Shown here piece by piece: positions 26,230 through 37,322 of a DNA stretch of 64,000 bases (positions are counted from its first letter, which is position 1; every line of letters begins with the position of its first letter). The notes beneath the pieces were generated by a model that saw only the letters and a list, made by a program, of their open reading frames with translations, made no database searches and was not told the DNA's origin. A program made the position numbers and the translations under genes. This stretch comes from Azolla caroliniana (lineage: Eukaryota > Plantae > Polypodiophyta): NCBI GenBank assembly GCA_043228905.1, contig JBHGNT010000011.1, positions 9,486,001 to 9,550,000 of the forward strand, read 5' to 3'.

Positions 26230-28112
26230 TTTCTGTGTCGATTTCGCTCTGATACCACTTGACGGGAACACAACGCTCCTTATACACAACGCACGGCCAC
26301 AACCGAGTTTCTTTCCGTACACAGAAAAACAGGTAATGAAACGCAACACAAAGAAGAGAAATGGTACACAGGAGGTTTACGTGGAAAACCCCCAAACTAG
26401 GGGAAAAAACCACGGTAGCCCACAGGCTGCAAACTGTCACTATGTATGAATGTACAAAACAGTGAGTTCACGGAGGCAACGACCTCGGACTCACGCTCTT
26501 CGCCACAGGCGGTGGTTACAACAGAGGCAGCGACCTCTTTCTCTCTCTCTCTCTCTGTACAACGTTACGTGCTCTCTCTTCTTCTTGCACCAACAAGGAG
26601 TAAATAACCACTACAAAAAATTTGCCCTAAGTCATATTTATACTAATATGAATTTTTGGCTATTTACAAATATAGCCTCGATGGGTTCTCAGAAACATAT
26701 TTAGGAATATGTCTCTTCCTCCGGTTCTCACCGGTTCTATACCATTCGGCTCTCCGTAGCCGGGTACTCCTCATCCGGTTCACACCGGGCCTGCACCATC
26801 CGGCTCTCCGTAGCCAGGTACTCCTCATCCGGTCTTCACCGGGCCTGCACCATCCGGCTCTCCGTAGCCGGGTACTCCTCATCCGGTCTTCACCGGGCCT
26901 GCACCATCCGGCTCTCCGTAGCCGGGTACTCCTCATCCGGCTCACACCGGGCCTGTATCATCCGGCTCTCCGTAGCCGGGTACTCCTCATCCGGTTCACA
27001 CCGGGCCTGTATCATCCGGCTCTCCGTAGCCGGGTACTCCTCATACCGTTTCGGCCTCGGCCTATCGGAGGGTGTTCTTCTCCCTTCCCATCCGGAGGGA
27101 CCTGTTTCCCAACATACTCGATTACCAACCTTGAATGGAGACGGAAGACGATGTCGATCTGCATGGGCCTTATGTTGGGCTTGAGCTTTCTGAAGATGAG
27201 AAGACAACTCAGACAGAAGATGTTGTAGTCGGTGGAGGTGTTGCTCTGCACTAGGGTTTGGTGAGATCACTGGAATGTCCAAGAGACACCATCGAGGATG
27301 GTTGCCAGTATAGGCATCGAAAGGTGTGACCTTGGTAGAAGAGTGTATGGTGTTATTGTATGCAAACTCTACAAGACGCAATATATGACTCCAATTATCT
27401 TGTTGATAACTGATGAAACATCGAAGATACTTCTCAAGTGTTTGATTTGTGTGCTCTGTTTGACCATCAATTTCGGGATGATATGCTGAAGAGAGTTTGC
27501 AAGAGATTTGGAGCTCGTCACATAGGTGCTTCCAAAAGAGAGAGATAAATTGCGGTCCACGATCACTAATTATGTCGTTTGGAAGACCATGATGGCTAAA
27601 TGTTAATCCTTAGGGCCGGACAACAGCCTAACACAGGGTGTCAACTTAAGACACTTTACCAAAGGGTGTTACGGTGAGATAACTTACGACACAATGCTTA
27701 ATTGGACCTTAATCAGTTACTTAGCAATACGTCATTAACACGCGTAAGATATACAATAAGCACAGAACGGTGAACAATACTCAATGATTAACAAAAGGTT
27801 TATATTGCTCTCCATTAATGACTACATTGTAACCGAGCCTTTATATAGGTCACTGGTGCGAAGTACAAAACGGTGCCAACCGGCACCTATTCGGGATCGG
27901 TCCAGATCCGGATCGGCATATCGATTCAGTCCGTCCGTCCACATCTTCTCATATATTAATATATTAAGACTAGTAATTACAACAAATTCCCAAATAACAA
28001 TTCCCCTTTTCACACTCTGGTCTGGACATCTTCTAGCCCTCTTGTCGGCCGGGTAACACATGGCTCGCCCGTGGGACAATACCTTGTACGTCGAATCCAC
28101 TATCCGGCCCTG

Positions 28113-30933
28113 TTACTCTTCGTCCAAAATGTCCAGAATGCTTTGCTCCAGAGTTTCCAATGGCTCGACGGGAATCTGTTGTTGCTGTTGTGGCTGCTGT
28201 TGTGGCTGCTGTGATGGTTGCTCCGACTCCGGCTATGACTCCGATTGTTGCTCTGGCACCAGCGTTTCCTTCATTGTTTCCTTCGTCGGAGTTCTCTCTA
28301 GTTTACTTACCCCGGCCTGGTCTCCGTCTGGTCCTTGTACTGGCGACGGTTTCTCATCACTTAGGTTGACTGTTGCCGCTTGCCTAGCCTTTTCTTCCCT
28401 AAACCGGGACCGCTCGTAGCTCTCAAACTGGATTTGAGCATCCATCCGATCGTCATCCAGTTGAGCTATGAGTTGTCGGACCTGCACCAATTGCTCATTC
28501 GCTAGAGCTATGAAATCTTCTACCAGCTCATCCTTTATGGTGGTGAAGTCCTCCGATGTTAGCATGTAACAATCGTCACCTTCCTTCCGCCGGTTTTCCG
28601 CGTCCACCCTGAGCAACTGGAGTTCGGCCGTATTCTGCGCCCATTTCGTCCACCATCGCACGGAGCTCTCGTCAATCAAGCGTTTGGTCTTGTTTAGCCA
28701 TGCCCGGACGATGCACTGGATCCGTTCGGTTCCCATCTGTGATTTGTTCTCCGCGGCTTGTCGCTCCTCTTTCAATTGCTTGATGATTCTGACCGTGTCT
28801 GCCTCCTGCTCCCTATAATGCGACAATTGACTTTGATAGGTTGTTTGCAACTTCTGTAACACCATTGTCACCCTCTCCTTTTCTTCATGGTGCTGCTTGT
28901 GGAGCTCCATCCGGTCCCTCACCGCTTCCTCCAATAGCTTTGTATTCTCAGCCCATTCGTCGGCGAGTGCCGTCGTGGCCCGATCAACTTCCTGCCGGAG
29001 CTCGACCATCCTTTCCTATTGTTGCTTATGCTCCGTGTCCAAGCTCTTAAAGTTCCGATGTAGGTGGTCGAAGTCCTCTGTCTTCTACTTCAGCCTTTGG
29101 TTGATTTGCCGGCGAGCGCGGTCTTCCCGGTCCTTTTGTTGACAGAGTTCTTCTTTCAGCCTTTCAATTTCCGTTTCCGCCATCCGTCGTAGCTTGTCCT
29201 TCTCCTGCAACAATTTTTCTTTTTCCTCCTTTAGCCGGTCGTAAGCTTGATGCCCTTTCCGTAGATTTTCTTTTGCCCGGCGGAGGTTTTCAACAGTTTT
29301 CTTTAACTCCTCTTCTGCCGCTTTCTTCAAATCTCGTTCGCGGCTTCGTAGTGCTTCTTGTGCGGCAAGTTCGTCCCTTAATTCGGCAAACTCTTGGGCT
29401 TGCGCCGCATCTTTCTTCGGGACAGTTTCTGTCTCCGGGGTCTTATTCGTATGTACATGTGTGGTTGTTTCTTTATTCTGTACATCCACCAGAGTCACCG
29501 GTGCTTGGATTTGTGTTGCAGTTAAGGCCATTTTGGCCATGTCTTTTGTGACCCGATCCAAGTCTTGTTCAAGGCACCGGATCCTTGACCAGGCCGTCTC
29601 TAGTTCATCGGTTGTGACTAGCAACCGTTCCATCTGCGCTCATTCTTCCGCCTCTACATACAGTATCACTCCGGAAACCTGCTCTCCTATCCACCAGAGC
29701 CATTGGCTGTCGGTGCCCTGTTGTTGCATGTGCACGAAGGGTTGGCTGATGGGTTCACTTGCCAGTGGCCGGTCCTGCCTAACTGCGTCGAGCTGCAATT
29801 CTGGCTCTGCCTGCTGACCACTTTGCCGTTCAGGTTATGGTTGTGTTTTGTCTGGCTGCTCCTGTTCTGCTTGTTCTTGGCCGGCTGAGGAAGGTGGCAC
29901 ATGCCTTACCAACGCTTGCGTTTCGGGGCTTGTCGTTTCCTGACCCGCTGGTATTGCCAGGGGCTTCTGAGACCGGTTCCATCCGAACCGGTTCCGGTTC
30001 CTCCCTTGGCATGGGATTCTCAGTGTGGGGTAAAGGCGTTCCATCCTTCTGTGGGTCCGAACGCTTCCTGGCTGATTCTACAGTGCTCTTCGTCGGCCGC
30101 CGCTGGAGGTGCTCCGTCGGTTCTCCCTCCGTTTCCTCCTCCTAAGTCCCGACATTCATTCTTGCCGCCAGGGTGTTCGTTTCTTGCTGCACCGGTCGGC
30201 GGAGTGTGCTCTTCAGGGGCCGTGCCGGTGTCTCCTCCTGCGTGTCTGTCGGCTACTTCCGGATGGTGCGCTCCTTCGCCGCCTGCTCCGTGTCGGCTGT
30301 CTTCCCCTTAGTGGTCTTGGTGGCCAACAACTGCTGTTGTTTTGAAGCAGCTTTCGGGGTGCCATCCGTTACTCTTCCCCGCTTCTTGGTTTGGACGGGC
30401 TCAACAGGTGGCGCCAATAGGGTGAGCCATTGCGCCACCACATGCCATATTTTCCGGCCTTCTTTGGCTTCCTTACCTCTTACGGTGTCAATAGCCGCAC
30501 ACAATCCGTCAGCGATCAGCACCGGCCAATCCACCTTGACCCCTTCGTATGTTGCGATGATCAAGCCTGCTCGGTTCTGAGGCATAACGGGGGGTCGAGG
30601 GTATACATGGCCGAACTCATGGAGTACACGGGCAATTTCTTGAAATAACATATCTTCTCCGCCCTGTGTCCTGCAGCCCTTGCTGGTTAGAGAATACTCG
30701 CCGAAGTATTTGATGAGCCGTTCGGAGGTAGGGTTGTCAATAGTATAGATGCCCCCCTCCGAAAGGCCTATTAGTGCACGGATCGCTTCCTCCGTGATCA
30801 GCTCAGTGTCAATTTCTTTGATGATCTTGTTGGCTTCTTTGTGTGGTGGTGCGTCCATGATTGTGAGGAACCCCTCCAATCCGTGTTGTTGTAGCCATTT
30901 CTTGGCGGCCTCAGAGAGAGTCTGGCAATCCAT
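28113..30933 (-). pseudogene. Extra ORF of G downstream of pol (globular N-domain, low-complexity linker, long coiled coil)
   Basis: Fragments 30253-30933, 29085-29633, 28233-29009; N-domain homologous to 62142-62906. Confidence 0.75.
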
Positions 30934-31499
30934 GTCTGCGTCGAGGTCGGACAGCGTTGGTGAGGGCTATGTGCTCTGTTTGAGGAAGTTGTGTGTGTGT
31001 TGGCTCTCTTCTGATGATCTTCAAGCGCCTGTGTGCATTTGTGCTCCTTGGTTCGCAAAACAAGAAGGTCTCGATGCGGGGGAGGTTTTCTCTCTGTATC
31101 TTGGCGCCTTTTTCGAGCCTACGCGTGTGCAGGTCGTCTACTATAATAGCATTACGTGCCATGTGGCGGTGGTTTAATGCCCTATTCATAGCCCCCTCGT
31201 ACCTTTTCGAAGTGCCTCTTTACTCCTCGTTTGCATGGCCGTTCACACCACTCCTTTGCATGACTTCTTTGATTCGTTTCGATTTTTATTTTTATTTATT
31301 TTATTTATTTTTTAATATCAATTGTTAGGTTAATTCGTCTCTGGTCCTATCGGACCCTTACCTGAATGAGGAATCTTGCCGGCCTCGTGACGGTTTTCCG
31401 TCCTCTTATCCAACCCCGTGTGCCGGCTCTTTTTCCCCCTTACCGGCTTCGTTGTTGCCGATTGCTAATCAGGTTGCCGTTGTTTCCGGTATCCCAGTA

Positions 31500-34400
31500 T
31501 TTGGTTCGGCATCAGCCTTTCCTTGTTCAAATGGGTTCCTCGGCATGGGTCCCTTGTATGGCTTTAGTCAAAATCCGTTGACCCACTTACCCAGGACCTC
31601 GCTAGCAAGTGTCCCTAACTGGTAGGATACATTGAACTTGCGTGTGATCCAGTACGGTTCGGTCCACCGAAACCGTAGTTTCCCCGGCATCTTTCCCATC
31701 CGGGTCTGGAACACTAGTACCGGCTTGCCGATTCCAAACATCTTTTCATTTCCTTTTCCGTGGCGATCCACAAACGCCTTTCTTCGCCGCTGCTCTAGTT
31801 CCAGGCGCATGATACTCGCTAGTCGGTGTTCTTCTAGTTCACATAGAGCTGCTAACCGAATTGCCTCCGATTCCTTCTCGTTTAACCGTTCCCTAATCTG
31901 AATCCGTAAGCTCGGGACCGTTCACACAGAACTCTACCGGCATGACGGCCTCCAATCCGAATGCTAGCCAGAACGGTGTGGTTTGGATGCTTGTTTTGTA
32001 GGCTGTCTAGTAAGCCCAGAGTGCGTTGTGCAACTTCGTATCCTAGTCTATTTGGTTTTCGTTCACGATTTTCCGAAGGATATTCTGTAGCGTTTTGTTC
32101 ATCGACTCGGCTAACCCGTTTGCTTGCGGATAGTATGGCGTGCTCCGTTTATGCACCACGGCATAGAACGACGTCAAGATTTCCACCACTTGGCCGAGGA
32201 AGTGCCCTCCTTGGTCACTTATTAGCTTGATCGGCCATCCATACCTGCACCAGATGTATTCATACAAGAATTTCGCCATCAACGCCGCAGTGTTGTCGTG
32301 CAAGGCTTTGGCTTCTACCCATTTCGTGCAGTAATCCGTAGCTATGATCACATACCGGTTGCAGGTTCTCATTGCCGGTGGTTTGAATGGACCCACAAAA
32401 TCCAGACCCCATTTCTGAAATGGTTCTAACGGCAGTACTGGCTGGTGCGGCATCCTAGCTTGTTCGGTTGGTTGGCCCATTCGCTGACATAGATCACATT
32501 CTTTAGCATATTGAACCGCGTCTTTCAATGTTGTCGGCCACCATAGGCCACTCTGCCATATCTTCCTTGTTGTAGCATCTCCGGCATAATGGCCTCCGGC
32601 GACTCCACAGTGTGCTTCTCGTAATATTATATCCTTCTCGTCGCTGCACACCACCCGTCGCCATATACCGTCCGCGCCTTTGTGGTATAGCGTGTCCCAT
32701 ACTAAACAGAAGTGCCGACTTTGTACCGCCAGGCGTTTCCTCTCGTCCTGGTTCATCTCCTCTGGAGGCAATTCGGTGCTCAGAAATTGTTGCATATTCG
32801 TTAGCCACTTATCTTCTTGTGCTACCATTTCATCTGTTGCCGTTTTCGCGGTGACTCGAAATAGCTCTGCATCCGGAAACACGTTCGGGACTCCGTCACC
32901 CATCTCGCCGGAATCTAACTGGCTCAAATAGTGTACTACTGCGTGGTGTATGCCGGGTCGGTGGAATATTTCGAACTCAAATTCCTGCAACAGTAACTTC
33001 CACCGTGCCAACATACCGGTTAGTGACACTTTGGAAACTAAATAGAGGAGTGCCGAATGATCTACGTGGAAAGAAAATTTCCTTCCCAGCAAATAATGTC
33101 TGAATTTTGTCACGCTGTAGATCATGCCCAAAGCTTCCCTTTTCGTGGTGGAATAATTTCGTTCGACTTGCGTAATACACGGGCCGGTACCACCTTGGCT
33201 CCGTAAGTTGCATCAGTGCACTTCCGATTGCAATGTCGGACGCATCCACGAACACATGAAACTCCTTAGCCCAAATTGGGGGTTGCACTACCGGCGCTTG
33301 CGACAATAGTACTTTGAGTGCCCGGTATGCCTTTTCTTCGGTGTCGGTCCACTGGAATGGTGTTCGGTATACCGCAACATGCAATGGTGTAGCTAGGTCC
33401 GCCAGATACCGGAGCATTCGGCTATGCCACCGGATTTGGCCTAAGAAACGGCTTAATGCTTTCGCCGTTGTTGGTGTCGATGCCTCCAAGATTCCTTTTA
33501 CTTTGTCTGGGTTCACGGCAATTCCTTCCTTGCTCACAATGTGTCCTAATAGTGCCCCGCTTGACACTCCGAATACACATTTTGCCGGATTCAAGCTTAG
33601 CCGGTAAGCCCGACATTTCTCTAGTCACAGTCGGAGGTGCTGAAAGTGATCTCCTTCCCGGCTATAGACGGCGAAGTCATCCAGAAACACCTGCATGAAT
33701 GTCGGTATGAATTCTCCGAATATTTCCATGATGATCCTCTGGAACGTTGCCGGCGCCATCATTACTACTGCAACAAACACTCCCCATTTGATGATCAAAG
33801 CCGTTTTCTCCTGGTCATCGGGGTGCATCCGGATCTGGTTGTATCCGCTAAATCCTTCTAAGAAAGTGTATACCTCATGGCCGGCGACTGCGTCCAAAAC
33901 TCCATCCATAAATGGGAGTGGGAATGCATCTGTTACCGTCGCCGCGTTAAGCTTACGGTAGTTGACACAAACTCTAATTTTGCCGTTTTTCTTTGGTACG
34001 ACTACTATCGGGCTCAACCATGTAGATTTCTTTACTGGGCGGATAGAGCCAACCCTCAGCAACTTGTTGATTTCCTCCTTGACTTTGGCGGCGTAATTTG
34101 GATTCATCCGGTACCGCCGATGTGCTACCGGTTTGGCGTCTTTGCTCAAATGTATCTGATGCTGATATAGCTGAGGATCGAGCCCTCGCATATCCTCGTA
34201 AGAACAGGCAAACACATCCCGAAATTCTTTGAGAAATGTAATCATCGCCGTTTTGTTCTCCGGAGTCATTTCCTTGGCGATGTGCACTGGTCTCGCCTCT
34301 TCCGTAGTTCCTAGATTTACCTCCTCTAGTTGGGATGCTTTAACCCATTGCGATACGACCATTTCTCTTTCAAGTGCCTCCTGTGCTTGCCGTAGCTCCC

Positions 34401-36945
34401 GGATCACTTCTTTATTTGGTTCCTCGTCGGCTCCGTCCGGTGGCAGTATGTATGGTGATACGGCTTCGGCTACATCGATTTCGAACAGAGGTACAATCTT
34501 CGGAGTATCTTGCAAGTATTGATCTACCTCTTCGTCTGCTAATCCGTCCAGCATATTGATGCATTCGGCATATAGGGGTGTCAATTCCTTCCCGGTACCC
34601 GTTCGTGGTTGTGTCGGTACCCGTACTTTTGCTTTTCCCCGCCGGAAGGTGATTATATTCTTCTTCCAGTTTTGTTTAATGTGCGCCGTTTTCAACCACG
34701 GCTGCCCCAACAATAGTGGGTAAGCTCCTCGTGCCTGTAGTTGTAGCACTACTGCTGAGATGCGAAATGTCTGGCCGCCGATCGTTACTTCCAACTCTCG
34801 TATTAAGCCGGTCGGTCGCACTGAGCTTGTATCCGCCATCCGTAGCCAGAACGGGCATGGTTCCCACTCTTGGATTCCCAAGGTTTTGCACATTCGGAGG
34901 CTAATCACATTAACGCCGGATCCTCCATCTATTACTGTTCCGGGTAACTCCTTTCCCTTCACGATGGCTGTGATCGCCGGACTGTTTGTGTCTACTACTG
35001 CCGGTCCCTCCTCCGGATTTGAGAAGAATGTTGGAGCCGGTGGTGTTTCTCCTGCCGTCATGCTTGTCTTGAGTCCTTCTCTGAATCTGGGCACTAGCTG
35101 CAGGAGCCATCCTAATGGTAACGTGATTTGGCATTCCTGCAATGCCTGCCATGTCGCATTTTCGGGCTGACTGCCGCCAGCGAGCTCTTCGGTATTTTCC
35201 TTTTGCTGCGCAAGCTCTGCCATGTTTCGCGCATTCGCCTTTTTTACCCATTCCATTGCCTGCTTGCGAATGGCCTCTTGCGCCTCCCATTCCGTCGCCT
35301 TACCCTTCGATCTTGTGGTTACCTGCTGCAAGTCTGCGACTTCGGCGACTGCCATGTTCACCGCCGGTTGTTTATCATAGCTCTTTGTCAGGCATTGATT
35401 ACTATAATGTCCTTCTTGTCGGCAATAGTAGCAATATGCTTTCCTGTTAGTGCTAGATTTGGCGTTGTTTCTTTTCCCCGGTGGAGGACTTGTGGTAACG
35501 GTGGGGCTTTGATCCGGTTGGCTACTTGAGGCGCCCTTCTCCGGTTCCCATAGGTGACCCCTTTTCTTGAAATGGCGTTTCTTTTTGTTCCGATACTCTT
35601 GACGGGGCTCGTCATCATATCTGTCGTAGGCTTCCCGTCGTTGGTTGTAACCGGGGGATTGGTCCCGATTGTATCTTTCATACCGTCCATTATCATCCCA
35701 GTACCGATCATATCTATCATACCGGTCATAGTTGTCCCTGTACCAGACATCCTGTGCCGGTCAGTATCGCTCTTCTCGCCTCCAACGTTCTTCTTCCTCC
35801 TCCTTGGTACTCCGTGGTTCGATTTGCCGAACCGGTGGTGCTTGGCGATTCAACAAATTGTACTCGCACTGCTCCATTATGTGGTTCCTGGAATGGCACA
35901 ATAGACATTGCGACCGCATGGTACATTCTAGTGCTGAGTGTCCGGCATTTAGGCATGTTGTGCATTGAATGACCTGTTGAAACCGGAGATCCTCATCGGT
36001 TGGTAATGCTCGTTGGAGTGCTCCCATTGTTAGCCAAGAGCTTGTTTTCTCCATTTCTCTAACCCAGTCGATGACTTGGTCGACGGTACTTGTGCGAAAG
36101 TCGATGACCGTGCATACCGTACGTAGAGGTTACCGGAGCACGGCTAAGAATATAGCCCATGTTTCTTCCTCCGGAGGTGTTCGGGTAAGTTGACTGTGCA
36201 TCCGTTGAAACCGGATGACAAATTGAGGAATGCTCTCCCCAGGGTCCTGCCGGATGGTATAAAATAGGCCCACCATTTCTCTCTGGTCCACCTCCTTCTG
36301 AAAGAAGTGCAAGAATTTAGCTTTCAAGTCCGCAAAGGTGGTGATGGTGCTGGGGTCTTGCATCCGGTGCCATCTGGCGGCCGGTCCTTCCAATGTCACG
36401 CCAAATTCGGCTATCTTAGATCGTTCCTCTTCAGCTGTGGTTAACCGTTGTGACACATGGTTCGCCTCCCATGTTTGTTGAAAAGCGTGAACATGAGCCT
36501 CCGCGTCCGGGTCATCCCTATACTTGGGGTACTGGAACGGCATGTCGTCGTCCGGTGTCGGTGCGCGGGCTGGCGGTGTCGGTGGTCTTTCCTACTCTTC
36601 CGTTGGCGTCGGAGGTCGTTGTTGGTCCTCTGTTGGAGTCGGAGGTCTTTGCCGGTCCTCTATCAGTGTCGGAGGTTTGTGTTCCTCCTCCTTCAGAGTT
36701 GCCGGCTTCTCCTCCTCGACTTCCGGTGTCAGAGGTCTTTCTTTGTACTCTTCCGGCTCCAAAGGTTGCTCCACGTCTAGTGCCGGAGGTTCCCGGTTTG
36801 ACAATTCTGGTTCCTGTGTCGGTAATGTATACGACTCCTCGTCCTCCGGTCCTCCTGTGGTGTCGTTATTGCTGCGATAGTTCGTGTGCGCGCTGTAACC
36901 CCCTTCTGAATCCGATTCTAGCGCCGAAAATGCTTCGGATTCGCC
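31500..36945 (-). pseudogene. gag-pol of G (gag N-terminus continues at 42801-43030 beyond the PLE)
   Basis: ORF fragments 36130-36543, 35761-36054, 33625-35361, 32977-33594, 32043-33131, 31568-31810. Confidence 0.92.
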
Positions 36946-37094
36946 CTATCATCAAGATCTTCCACCTTAAATCCTTAAAGCCTTCCATCTATTTACACTC
37001 TTATTACACCCCACTCACTATGATTATACTTTCCCTCTTTCTCCTCCCTTCCCCATTCTCAACATCCTACATAAACCACCATTTGTATTTCCAT

Positions 37095-37149
37095 GACCTT
37101 TTGCATTGATGAGCTCTAAGCGAGCGAAACTAGTTTGCTGCATAAGGTC
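37095..37149 (+). ncRNA. Type I hammerhead ribozyme motif, 5' copy (C3>U variant)
   Basis: GACCTTTTGCA-TTGATGA-GCTC taagc GAGC-GAAA-CTAG-TT-TGCTGCATAAGGTC. Confidence 0.75.
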
Positions 37150-37179
37150 TTTCCTTTCATTTTAATGAAAACTTCTTGA

Positions 37180-37211
<32 letters not shown>

Positions 37212-37322
37212 TGCTTAGAATCTCTTCTTTTACTATTACATTATCTACTATATCACAAAGTCGCCCGCACTCCTTGCTACAACCGAACGGTTAATAACAG
37301 AAAAGGCTAGATCGTATTTTCT

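Larger units (their letters stand above)
21384..27114 (-). mobile_element. Full-length Ty1/copia element F
   Basis: LTRs 21384-22172 and 26260-27114; TSD TACCC/TACTC; PBS-Met 26246-26257; PPT 22173-22183; gag-PR(VDSGAS)-IN-RT(YVDDM)-RH with ~3 nonsense stops. Confidence 0.96.

Noticed and set aside
36946-37307. PLE direct repeats as true LTRs
   Set aside because: No TG..CA ends, PBS, PPT, TSD or integrase; RT is PLE-type.
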